Assembly (NCBI GenBank): GCA_051047955.1
Contig: JBPGPT010000020.1
Coordinates: forward strand, 186,001 to 250,000
DNA length: 64,000 nt
Reading direction: 5' to 3'
Source: Cystobasidiomycetes sp. EMM_F5
Lineage: Eukaryota
In this document: piece by piece, positions 37,725 to 49,249 of the stretch
How the letters are laid out: the number at the start of each line of letters is the position of its first letter
Position numbering within the stretch: the stretch's first letter is position 1
The notes under the pieces: model-generated
Told to the model about the DNA's origin: nothing
Seen by the model: the letters and a program-made list of their open reading frames with translations, nothing else
Databases searched by the model: none
Translations under genes and position numbers: made by a program

Positions 37725-39269
37725 TTGTGCGTAATGCAAGGGTCAGCCTTGCTTAATCGATTACACACATCCTGTCCATTCTCTGCATTCTATTCAGTAT
37801 GTAATCTGATTGTTGTTGACCTTCTCGTCCTCCTTGCCCACTCAGATCAACGATGCCACGTACAGTTGGTGGGCTAAGCCAGCTACTGATATGTCTAGCT
37901 CAAGTAGTGCTGGCTAAGTGGGGCACGCAGCAACCCGTTGGCGAGCCAACCTGTCGAAGTAGCCCGTATGGCTGAACGAGTCGCTCGCGCTCGTTTTAGT
38001 AAGACTCTGTCAGCGTAAGACAGTAGGTGATTCTTAACGCCGCCTGCTCCTGTCAGGCAGGGTCGCCTCAGACTAGCAATGTTGTGAATTTCGTGATGTC
38101 CGCAGTCCTGTGTCCATCTACAAGACAGGCTGTCACAACCTAACCTATGCTTCAATGTTGCAACAGCAAAGCGCGATGACTCCGCATACCAACGTGCTCA
38201 TTGTAGCTGACGCGGGTCGGCACCAGATCAGGGCTCACGCTTGCTCATTTAGTCACACAGCCGTTACCTCGGACCACAAATAGGCACACATCACCAATGT
38301 CGCAAAAATCAGTCTGAGTGCTGCTGCCCGAACTATATCCCACAATGTTCCCTTTCAAAACACCGCATTGACACAGGAGCGGTCGAAATTGTATATCTCC
38401 TTTTGTCCTTGCGTGCATTACAATCTGAATGGACGATGCTACTGCTCTGTTCCCACTTATTTATACCGCAAAAACTATCGTCAGCCACCAGACACGGCCA
38501 TACAGTATCATCTTCGCTTAAATGGCCGGTCGACAAAATTCTATTCGACAAGGTCCAAGTCGCAGCAAGCAGATGTCGGCTTCTGCACCGCACAACCATT
38601 ACGTGTCGTTTGAAACAATGACAAGCGGTGCGGTCACTCCCTATACACTCAACACTGTCTCTACTACAACCACAAATAACGCACAGCCGACGCGCAGCGG
38701 CTCACAAGTCCGACTTGATACAGCAGCCGCGCATGGCGAGATAGGTAGCGCAGTGATGGCCAGATATGCTGCGAAAAATGACACTCACAAAGGACGGCAC
38801 AGCCTACTGTCGCTCGGTGCGCGCAATCGACAAGCTTAAGGCAAGACTCAATCTGGTCATCGTTATTATGCGGCTACCGGCCGCAATACTTCACTCGCGA
38901 TCGCTCACACACGCGCCTCATGTAGACTTCACCTCTCCAACAATAGTGTCTCGTTAAATTCCACGCTCACCGTCCGAACATTGCAGGCCTATACGCTAAC
39001 TAATCTGCACTTCAAAGTTGCAAAGGCGTCACGGGAGAATCGCAGGAGGGCTGTGTCAGTTCACTAAGCTCATACATGACTACTCTTTCAGGCATGGGAA
39101 TAATACATCGCCTTACGCATGTAAGCCGCGCTTTAGATCATTATAAAATCGCTTCGTGGTTCTTCATGCTTCTTTCTCTCTTCGTCATCTTGATCCATCT
39201 GACACACGCACCTTCACATCCAGCCATCTGAAGAACCCCCATCCGTCACCACCCTCGCGCTGTATTGTC

Positions 39270-39578
39270 ATGCCGGTCGCTACTGGCATTGCTGTGACTG
39301 TTGCCGCAGTGACGGGACCTTTGGCTATTTACGGCGCTGTTGGCAACGCTCAGCGGCACAGAAACGAGCGCAACCATGCAGCCCCTCAGAATCCTGCGAG
39401 TGCTGCACAAACTACAAGCAATGAGCACAGAGTGTCATTCTACAGCCAGTGGGGACCACAAGCCATCTGGGATTCCGCGACACAGGCATTCACGACCAGG
39501 AAACCTTACAAATCTGGAGCCACGAATACTCGCATAAGCATGGCTGGCGCGAGGGACAGTCCTACGAGGCCTCGTTGA
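39270..39578 (+). CDS. Small protein family member B (102 aa)
   Basis: MPVATGIAVTVAAVTGPLAIYGAVGNAQR...FTTRKPYKSGATNTRISMAGARDSPTRPR; TATAAAA at 39142. Confidence 0.8.
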   Translation: MPVATGIAVTVAAVTGPLAIYGAVGNAQRHRNERNHAAPQNPASAAQTTSNEHRVSFYSQWGPQAIWDSATQAFTTRKPYKSGATNTRISMAGARDSPTRPR

Positions 39579-39994
39579 TGCTGGAGACAGCCTTGGTTAC
39601 TCGATGTACACGCGCTATATGCTCAATTGATGCAGTATCACTGGCGCTATGTAGATCTCGTTAGCATGGCTGAATGTATTTGCAGACCGTCAAGTAAGGT
39701 CCACACACGCGCCCCTGAGAGACTACCTGACCTACCGAACATGATAAGCATCCAAAATGCCTTTGAGCAGTAACGCAATGCCCATCCCTCCAACATTTCG
39801 GCAGGATGCCGTTGACAAAGACGCGCGACACCCTTATAATCGATTGAGACGCTGCAGGCTCCTTTGATCTTGCTCACAGCCCGATGCCCCTTGAGTGTAA
39901 TATCTTGCATGTCGCTCCAAATTAACGCGCACTCTCAATCACCACCCGTCTCTTGCGAGCAATTAGCAATTCTCATCCCCAAGCCTCTGAGACG

Positions 39995-40285
39995 ATGCCA
40001 GTAGCTACTTCCTTTGCAATAGCTGCTGCGGCTTTCGCAACTCCGTTCGCCGCCACAGCCGTCTGGAGTAATGGAGTGCGCGCGGCAGGGTACAGAGATG
40101 GTGCAACTGCGCCTGCGCCGCAGATTTCCAATCATCCATCCACTCCGCAGCCCGGTATCCGTGAGCGGCTTAGCCAGTCTTGGAAGAACAGAACAGCATA
40201 CTCGCCACGGAACACGAACCTGCGCAGAATCGCTGGTAGCCGAATCAGTCCATTGAGAACGGGTCACGCCAGTGGCAGCCAGTAA
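39995..40285 (+). CDS. Small protein family member C (96 aa)
   Basis: MPVATSFAIAAAAFATPFAATAVWSN...WKNRTAYSPRNTNLRRIAGSRISPLR. Confidence 0.75.
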   Translation: MPVATSFAIAAAAFATPFAATAVWSNGVRAAGYRDGATAPAPQISNHPSTPQPGIRERLSQSWKNRTAYSPRNTNLRRIAGSRISPLRTGHASGSQ

Positions 40286-40931
40286 GCCGCGGTTGGAGAA
40301 CAGCAGCAACAGCTTCATTCAATATCTTGCTTTCCTTAGACATCATCGCATGTAGCCTTCACTTCGTTGCTTTTCGTTGATGTCCAAAGACGAGATTGCA
40401 GCGTGAACTCTGGTAGTGCGTGAGAGACAGTCTGGGGAGCCTGACTCCTGTCTTTCAATGGACGAGGTAATCAGTGTGCCGTCGCTTCATGGTGTCGACT
40501 GTGTCGTGCGAATGTAACGACTGTGGACCACGTGACAGCGTCATACTGAAACAGTACCTTACGTAGGTGGAGTATGGGTGATATGACGAGAGGACGTCTA
40601 ATCACATGTCAGTATAGCGATAGGTAAGACGTACAGGAACGGGCTTTGCGATCGTTTCTGCAGAACAAACGATCGAAAATGTCAGCTTGGTCAAGTGTAT
40701 GATGATGTTGCTTCAAGCTGGCGTTGGAACAGATTCAAAGCCTTTGTCCTGAAGTACGGATCAGGTGACGAGCCTGTCTTCAGCACACGTCACCGCCGCC
40801 TGTATTGCAGCAGCGCCAAATGCGGTGCTGCACTTGCGCCTCATAAGCGGGGACGGCGTATTGAACCTTGTTCGACTCATTGCTGGCGGCTTGGGTTCTG
40901 TCCACCATCCTCCTCCTTGACTTCCGCAAGC

Positions 40932-41170
40932 ATGTTCACTATACTCGCCTTGACTGCAGCACACCGTTAGCGGCCGCAGCTGTAGCAGGCAACGCGCAGC
41001 GCTTTTATCGCAACCGCGATCCTAATCATTCGCTCATTCAGATGCCCTCAATGCCATGTCCCACCCTGGCGGACGTAAGTGCAGCTTTCAATAATCGGAG
41101 GCCGTATAAGCCGGGCTCCAAGCGCATCAACCTGGCCGGTACGAGGCACAATCCACTAAGGCGGCGCTGA
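40932..41170 (+). pseudogene. Small protein family member D, frameshifted near codon 10
   Basis: MFTILALTAA then, in the -1 frame, TPLAAAAVAGNAQR...FNNRRPYKPGSKRINLAGTRHNPLRRR. Confidence 0.65.
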
Positions 41171-41339
41171 GATGAAGCAGGGTCACCCGGTCAACTCATG
41201 GAGTTTGCAGCGCTTTTGCTGAAGCCGACGCGGCGGAGATCGTCGAGCATACAATACGTAGTTTGCAAGTCATCGTTATTTTCGCCGCAGGATTTGGCAA
41301 TCGCATTAGCTCCAACAACCCCCTAACCAAGCATCCATG

Positions 41340-41990
41340 TAGAAATTACCTCTATGGAAGCAGAGTATCTTGCCAATAGTCTCCGTGATTGTCACAAAGC
41401 CCACAGCAAACAACCAAATCGTCGCACGCGTTTTCAGCAGAGCTGACGAGGTGGACTTGACAAAGTCGATGAGCACAGCTTCAGCGCCATCTTTGCCGTC
41501 GAGAAGTTAGACGTTGCGGCCGGCAACGTCAAGACACGCGAGATTGCATCAGTGCAGAACGACTTAAGCGGCGAACAGCCGATCCAGCTGGCAGTATGAT
41601 CTTAGTCAGCTCAGGAGTGGAGGGTTCCCTGCTGACTGACTGTGCGGTGAATTTCAGAAGCTTGAATGTTTCGGAAATACTTGTCAGCGTTAAGAGCCTG
41701 TATGTAATTGAGAACGAATTGTGCGATCAACGCATTTTGGCAGTCATTCTGATACGCCTGACAGCCTCGATCTTCAGCTTTAAAGCAGCGGATAGAGATT
41801 GAGTGCCCCAAAGACTTCAAATGCGCCGTATTAGCAGTGAGATACGGTATACGTAGTACCCCGCAGTGCACGCCCCCAATAGCGTTTACACATAGTGACC
41901 TCGTGCTCGTACGGAACGTGCTGCTCGTCGTCGGTGCGCTGGTTCCCATCTGTCGTCCTCCAACCGCTGTTGATTCCCAAACAATTTCGC
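41340..41990 (+). pseudogene. Possible decayed kinase-like paralogue of the 58325-59419 gene
   Basis: Collinear fragments in mixed frames: LYGSR(V)/YLAN, NQIVARVFSR, KSLYVIENEL, THSDLVLVRNVLLV. Confidence 0.35.
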
Positions 41991-42982
41991 GACGATGCGA
42001 TTCGACAGCAGACTGCCAGATTGACCAGCCAGATACACCCCAGAGCCCAGCTCTTCGTTAGCTGCGATGAGATGTATGCACTCGAGCTTGCATCCGGACG
42101 TCAGATCTCGTCAGATCTTCGAATCCCGACAGTCTTAAACGCTTTGCCGTTGTGAAGGTCAGACCCAAGCGAGACGGGTCTGGGGTGGAGCAGCGGCTAT
42201 TGGGATGGGCGGACAGGGAGCAGGTATTCGAGATGCTATCGTCAGGATGGTCCATTCCCTGTACCCCGTGCTGACGCTGATGTCGGACTGAAATCAAGCT
42301 TTAGCGAATACATACTTCGACAGCTTGCAGGCTGACGCATTGCTGCACGGCTGACAGCTTGTGCTGATGATGGAGTGAACGCTGACTGCATCAACGGGAT
42401 TTTCTCAGAGTAATGAAAGTTCTCCTCAGGAATGCGTCGCATGCGCGTAGAGACGCGTGTACTTTTGACAAGCGAGGGACGCGTTGAGCTATGCCCAGCT
42501 AGAGAGTGCATGACTACGGCGGACTATAGCATACCTGCCTTAATGACTTGCTTCTCTACCCACCACTGAAGAATATCTCGGATTCCTCGCTTTTCGCTCG
42601 CAAAGCACGAGCCACGCTCACTACTGCCATACCAGACCCGGCATACGTCGCCTGAACCGTCACGACATCTGAAACGACCGCGCAATCCGCAGAAGAATAG
42701 CTCTTCGCGCCTTCGCGTCTTGAGAGAATAATTTTACGTGCTCTGGAATCTCGTTTGGGACATTCCGCTGCAAACGAGAAGGGAACGACATTCCCATCTA
42801 AACAATAATAAACACGTCCTCTCGAGGGGGATTAGGGCCAGGAGCCTTGCAGACTTCGTCACTCTCCTTCTTTCCCCAACACACAGTCATTCTTTCAATC
42901 CGACCCTAGTCTGCTTCCACAGCACATTCATTGATTTCTCTCTTTCCTCTTCCCTTCTGCAAAGCTCAAAGTCCTTTACAAT

Positions 42983-45081
42983 ATGCGTTTCATCGCTGCA
43001 ACTCTCCCTCCTCTCCTCCTTCTGGCCTCATCCATCAAGGCAGATGACACTTGCACATGTGCTCCGTCCAACCAAGGCAGCATTGCCAGCGGAGTCACTA
43101 GCTACTACGACGGTACACAAAGTTCTCCTATCTACCAACCGCAGGCTGTTCAAGAAGTGCCAAAGGTCCAACCAACTGAGCAGAATCTCGTCAACGGCGC
43201 ACAGAATGCTATTGCCGGTCTAGCCAGTCAAAATGTCATTCCTCCTGGTAGGTCCCCTACCTCTGCATAGTTGAGGATTGATCTCTGATGTTTGTGTCAT
43301 CCACAGAATTGGCACAACCGCTTGCAAAGGCCGTTCAGGATGCGATTAGCCAACAAGCCGCTGCTCAGCGTGTAGTATACGCCGAGGCTGGTGCGACTAT
43401 CACGACAACTGTTACTCCAAGTGTCTCTTACGCCACCCAGGTATCTACCATCAGTGGCCAGAATGTCACTGTCACTGCTACGCAAACCATCACTGCTCTC
43501 CCACCCGGCGCCACCATCCTTTCCAACCAGACCCTTCTTGCTCTCGGTGATATCCAGAACTCAATCAACGATGCCATTGCTGCCGTCAATCTCTCCAAGA
43601 CTGGCCTTGATTCTGCCGCGCAAGCTGAACTTTCCAACTGCTTGCACGCTGTCATGTCGAATGGAGGTCTACCAGCTGGCTACTCCTGCATCTCGCAATC
43701 AGGCTCCACTCAAGCTGGTCTACAGGCTACGTTCAATAACGTCCTTGAGCAGTTCTTGGGCATACTGCCAGCCAAGATTATTGATGACCTGCAAGGCGCT
43801 GTCATGCCAATGCTTACCGGTCTGCTTCCCAACGAGCGCACCCTCTTGAACAACATCAACTCTGCAATGTCGTCCGTTGTCTCTTCCCTGTCTGGCAACT
43901 CTGTCACTGCTATCGAGATGATGCAATCCTGCTACAGCATGGCCATCAAGCAAAACTCCAACACCTCCTACCTCCAATGCTACATGTCTGATGGTGGTCC
44001 GTTCGCTACTTTGCAGACAGCCATGAACTCGGTCGTACAGCAATTCGTTGGCTACCTTCCCGGCACTGTTCTTGAGAGCGTCCAGAACCTCACCTCAGCA
44101 ACCTTGACTGCAGGTGCAAGCAACGGCCTCGGTTCAATCGGTACAAATCTTACTGCTCAGTTGGACAATGCTCTTTCTTCAGTCACCAGTGCATTGACCG
44201 GGAACTCTGTCACCTTGATGCAGCAGCTCCAGGAGTGCGCAAACAAGGTCCTGATCTCTGGTGACGCATCAGCAGCCAAGAACTGCCTCGTTCAAAAGGC
44301 CGCTGTCACAGCACAGACTATGGTCGACAGTGTTGCTCAACAGTACTCTGGCTACCTTCCGTCGTCTTTCTTCAGCGATCTCGTCCAAGTGCTGAACGGC
44401 ATGAGTTCGACTGGCAATTACTCTGCAGCTCAATTGACCTCCGCGCTCGACAAGGCCTTCAACAATGCCAACATGGGTCCCGCCTACGTGGGTTGCTTCA
44501 ATCAAGTGCAAGCTTGTGTGCTCAACAACATTCAAGTAACCGGAAACTACTCTGCGAAGTGCCCAGCGCCTGTAGCTGGCTGTCAGCTGATTGGCTCACA
44601 AAATTCGACCGCTCTTGGAGTCGCTAGCAACGCTACCGCATCGAACACTACCACTCTGTCAACAAACACGACTGTCCTGCCACCGTCTTCCGCTAATGTC
44701 GCCCTCGCTTCAAACGCAACCTCGTCCAGTGTTTCGAGTTCAAGCGTCATTTTGCCAGCATCTAGCAGCTCTGGTTCCATCGCCTCTTCGTCAGCACCTG
44801 CCTCCTCCTCTTCGTCTGCTTCTGTTGCTCCGGCGTCTGCATCAGGCAACAGCAGTGCATCTGTCGCACCATCCACTTCCTCTTCTGCGCCATCCTCATC
44901 CGCTGCGCCATCCTCGTCATCATCTGCAGCGCCCGCGTCATCATCAGCTCCATCTTCGTCTACTCCAGTCGTACCCGTGTCAAGCTCTTCGTCATCTACT
45001 TCGGTCTCGTCAACCGCGGTCGTGCGAAGAGGGCATAAAAAGCTTCGCATGTCGTATGCTGGACACTACAAGATGATCTGA
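42983..45081 (+). CDS. Secreted protein with ~100-aa Cys-paired helical repeats and Ser/Ala-rich tail
   Basis: Signal peptide MRFIAATLPPLLLLASSIKA; intron 43248-43306; three full and one partial internal repeat; long S/A/P stalk; many N-x-S/T sequons. Confidence 0.85.
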
Positions 45082-45322
45082 GATCACAAAAAGCCAAGAT
45101 TTGATGTTTGGGATGCGGGCCATTCCCCAATGCAAACGATGTAGTATATCGGGTATATAGCGATCGAAACACGCATGTAACCTCTTTGATGATAGCCCTA
45201 TGGTTTGATAATGTCACATTCATTTCCTGATTTGGGCTGCGAGCTTCGAAAGTCTTTGACAGTTTTGTGTTGCTACGAGGCCTCGTCAACGACTAACGGG
45301 AATCACCGACGACTAGTAATGG

Positions 45323-46812
45323 TCAGCCAAAGTTCGACCATTGTAAACCTTTCTTCCCTCGTTTCGCGGCTGCTGCAGGTCGGGCTTGTGAAGCAGGCGG
45401 ACGCCGGAGAACAGGGACAATTGGCGATGTATGCATTGGTTCATCTTGCGCCACTGGTTGTGCAGAGACTTTCGGAGTGGTGCTTCTGCCTTCTTTGTCT
45501 TTGTCATTTTTTGATGATAGTCGCTTCGACGACGTCTTGTCGGCTGCAATATCCTCAGGCGGTGTCTGAGGGCGTGAATCAGAAGAGACGGTAGCCATGT
45601 CCTTCCGCTTTAAGGGTGACTTTGAGGAGCGAGTCTCCACCACTTCAACAGGCTCTGAAGCGTCCGTATCAGAATCCTCAACAACAGCCATCTTGCCTCG
45701 CTTTTTAGACGATGTTGACTTAGGTTTGATCGGCTCTTCTTGTCCCATATCATCGCTTGACGAAGGTGGAGCAGCTTCTCTTTTCGACTGCTTCGTTGGA
45801 CTTGCTGACTTGCGTGATCTGGCAGCCGATCTAGGCGGAGTCGGAGTGCGCATGGTCGTGTCAGCGTCATCAACGGGAGAAGCGTCCCTTGCAGACGGAG
45901 CTATCGCATCTTTGGCAGCTCTGCTGGGCGAAGGTGGGTTACGGATAGATCGTTTGACGATTTCAGCTGTCCGCAATGTATGTGAGCTTTCTGGACTAGC
46001 AATGCCAAGTGCGCACGGACCTCTCTGCTTTTTTGGTACATGTTGTTTGGCCTGATCAAACCTTTGCAATGCTGTGAACAAGATGTTTGGAGGCAGGGTG
46101 TCTTGTTGTGCAGCTTCGTCAACAGCCTATCGTTGTCCGTGTAAGCATAATCATATTATGCAATTATCCCTCGCCCTACGTCTGTATACTCCCCCAAATC
46201 TATGGATGCGGAGCCAAGCACAGCGTTTGTCACGTCCAGCAGCGGCCTCAGGAGGAGATCGCTTATAACCCTCCAGCATAATTGTGGAGAAGCTCTGTCC
46301 AAACGGAAACGGAAGGGCAGGGATGGGAGACTGAGTATAATCTGCATCTCATCACTCCCCTTCTGTTCTAGAGACGCTACATTGTCTCCAATATCATGCT
46401 TTACAAAGTCTGATATTTCCGACAATACGGTGTCGACTGCTTCATGTTCGTCCATTTTGCTTATCCTTTGTCCATCAGACGAGGTAGACGAGTCTCGCGT
46501 GGATATGCGGACGCGTATATGTATTGCACGACTTCCAATCATGTTTTCGAAGAAGACTTCACCGCTTCGTAGCGAGACTGCCAGAATTAAGAGTTGCGAA
46601 TCGTTGTTGGAGCTGCAGTAGCACTTGATATGGATTGGCGCATCATCATAGGTGCATGAACTAGGTAGTTGAATCCATGCACTTGACGAAATTGAGCCAG
46701 CGAGCAGTTGTAGCTCGGCCTGGATGATCAAAACAACATCATTGTCAGGCTATCAAAAACAGTCAGCGTTTCGGGGTAATTGGCTCCCAACCTCTTCCAG
46801 CTCCATAGACAT
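45323..46812 (-). CDS. XLF/Nej1/Cernunnos-like non-homologous end-joining factor
   Basis: MSMELEE|...SAWIQL...EVFFE...LPFRFRL...ISDLLLRPLL head domain, disordered tail, terminal basic-GL-aromatic motif KRGKKGLQW resembling the XLF Ku-binding motif. Confidence 0.6.
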
Positions 46813-47121
46813 TGTCAGCAGTTACTCGTTAGCTGTTAGCTGCTTAATCGTTAGTTGCATGTTAGCCAATTGTCAGAAGGTCTTCAGGTCCCACAGGTCC
46901 GCGTCTGTGTTTTGCACCGACCAGTCCGCGTCGACAGCTGCCCCGACGATACTGCTCTGCATCCTGAATACTGTGACCAGCAATACACCGCACACCACAT
47001 TATAGGTCTGTCAGTCTCATAATTGGCCGTACTTTTCAGCTGAGACTGCCATCCAAAACGCGCTTTGAACGGCTGCAGGACATTCTAAACTCGCAGCAAG
47101 GGAACTGAGAATTGCGATATC

Positions 47122-48966
47122 ATGAGAGAAGTTATCAGTATCCAAGTGGGACAGGCAGGCTGCCAGGTCGGAAACGGTGAGTGCTGCTGAATGAGTCTGC
47201 CGTTTTGGCTCTCTGACCGTGTCGGACGCGGACATTCTGAGAGCGATATCGACAAAACAAGGCTGACTTTAAGGTTGCAGCATGCTGGGAGGTATGTTTC
47301 TGCTCATCCACACACGGTTTGCGATACTCTTTCCATCTGTCAAAGTGCCCATCACTGCCTATTGACCGGGCCTGCGCGCGACACCTCAACTTCGATCGCA
47401 TCTCGGACCTGGCTTTGCAGGCAGAATACCAAGGCTGACATTGATACGGCTCTTCTACAGCTGTACACTCTCGAACACGGACTCACCGCTGATGGTCGCA
47501 TTGAATCGCCCACTGGCAAGTCTGACGACGGGTGAGCTGAATCATCAGTACTTTCGACGCGAAAACAAAAGCTGAGCAAGGCATATCTACAGCTTCTCGA
47601 CCTTCTTTTCCGAAACTGGTTCTGGCAAATACGTTCCTCGTTCCATCTATGTCGAGTAACTCAAGTCGCAGTGCTTCTAAATGAAATCGCCCGCTGATTG
47701 TCGTGCGCAGTCTCGAACCAGGTGTAGTTGACGAGGTCAGAACTGGCAAGTACAGGTCTCTCTTTCACCCAGAGACTCTTGTCACTGGCAAGGAGGACGC
47801 TGCAAATAACTATGCTCGTGGTCACTATACTGTCGGAAAGGAGCTCATCGATGTCGTACTCGACCGTCTTCGAAAACTTGCCGATGCGTGTTCCGGTCTT
47901 CAGGGTGCGGACAAAAAATGCGACCATCACTTGATAGTTTACTGAAACGCGACGTACCGGTAGGCTTCTTCGTATTCCATTCTTTCGGCGGTGGCACAGG
48001 TTCCGGTTTCGGCGCCCTGCTTTTGGAGCGCCTCTCCACTGATTACGGCAAGAAGAGCAAGCTCGAGTTTGCCATCTACCCTGCGCCTCGCATGAGCAGT
48101 TCCGTTGTCGAGCCAGTATGTCTTCACAATATGCTCTGCATGCGATTCTCGCTAAATGAATTCTGCAAACTTCACAGTACAACTCCGTTCTCACCACACA
48201 TACTACACTGGAGCACGTCGACTGCTCCTTTATGGTAGATAACGAAGCGATCTACGACATTTGCCGACGCAATCTCGGCGTACAATCGCCATCCTTCCAG
48301 AACCTCAATCGCTTGATTGCCCAGGTCGTCTCCTCCATCACCTGCTCACTCCGCTTCGACGGTGCACTCAATGTCGATCTCAACGAATTCCAGACCAACT
48401 TGGTGCCATTCCCACGTATTCACTTCCCACTTGCAAGCTACTCGCCTATCATCTCGGCCGAAAAGGCCTCACACGAGCAGAACAGCGTTGCAGAGATGGT
48501 CTTCAGCTGTTTCGAGCCAGCCAACCAGATGGTTAAGTGCGACCCGCGTACCGGAAAGTACATTGCATGCGCCCTGCTCTTCAGAGGTGATGTCATCCCT
48601 AAAGACTGCACCGCTGCCATGGCTGCCGTCAAGACGAAGCGGACCGTGTCGTTTGTTGAATGGTGCCCCACTGGCTTCAAGCTTGGTATCTGCAACGAGT
48701 CGCCAACTCAAGTTCCAGGAGGCGACCTTGCAAAGGTCACACGATCCTTGTGCACGCTGTCCAATACTACCGCCATTGCGTCAGCCTGGGCAAGACTTGA
48801 TCAGAAGTTTGATCTCCTCTACTCGAAGCGCGCTTTTGTTCACTGGTTTGTCGGTGAGGGTATGGAGGAAGGCGAGTTTTCCGAGGCTAGAGAAGACTTG
48901 GCGTGCCTCGAGCAAGACTATAGAGAGGTTGCGGCCGATGAGGTGGCAGAAGGCGAGGAATACTAG
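47122..48966 (+). CDS. TUB1: Alpha-tubulin
   Basis: [29 protein letters not shown]...[14 protein letters not shown]...[11 protein letters not shown]...LVPFPRIHF...[17 protein letters not shown]...EGEEY; 11-nt micro-exon 47281-47291. Which alpha-tubulin paralogue this is remains uncertain. Confidence 0.97.
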
Positions 48967-49249
48967 AAGGCGGGACCCCGTCCTGCTGCGTTTCCCAAAA
49001 GACTGGTCGTAATCTGTCTTTCGTTAGGATTCTCAGGCGATCTGTGGTGCAAAATGGGGTGCAAACTTTGTCGTACTCCGGCTTGCAAACACACGTGCGC
49101 ATAGCATTTGGTTACGTCCTCTCTGCCATCCTTTGTTCTTCTCTATTAGTACAACAATCGTGATTTATGAAAAGTGGTTATTGATACTGTTCGATTTCCT
49201 ACGATGGTGCATCGCTGAATTAAACTCGTGCTCCTGTATTGCATCGTGA

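Noticed and set aside
40649..40675. 9-bp inverted repeat CGATCGTTT...AAACGATCG
   Set aside because: Too short to exceed chance in 64 kb; no transposon or structured-RNA context.
37458..41170. Interpretation of the small genes as mating pheromone precursors or a CRISPR-like array
   Set aside because: No C-terminal CAAX box, no internal tandem peptide repeats, and no identical DNA repeats with spacers.
44583..45050. Highly acidic minus-strand ORF
   Set aside because: Antisense of the Ser/Ala-rich stalk codons of the secreted repeat protein.
47292..47460. Long tubulin intron with an internal TTGCAG|GCAGAA, possibly recursive or nested splicing
   Set aside because: A single GT-AG intron with a CTGAC branch point already restores the frame; the internal GC donor is a poor match.
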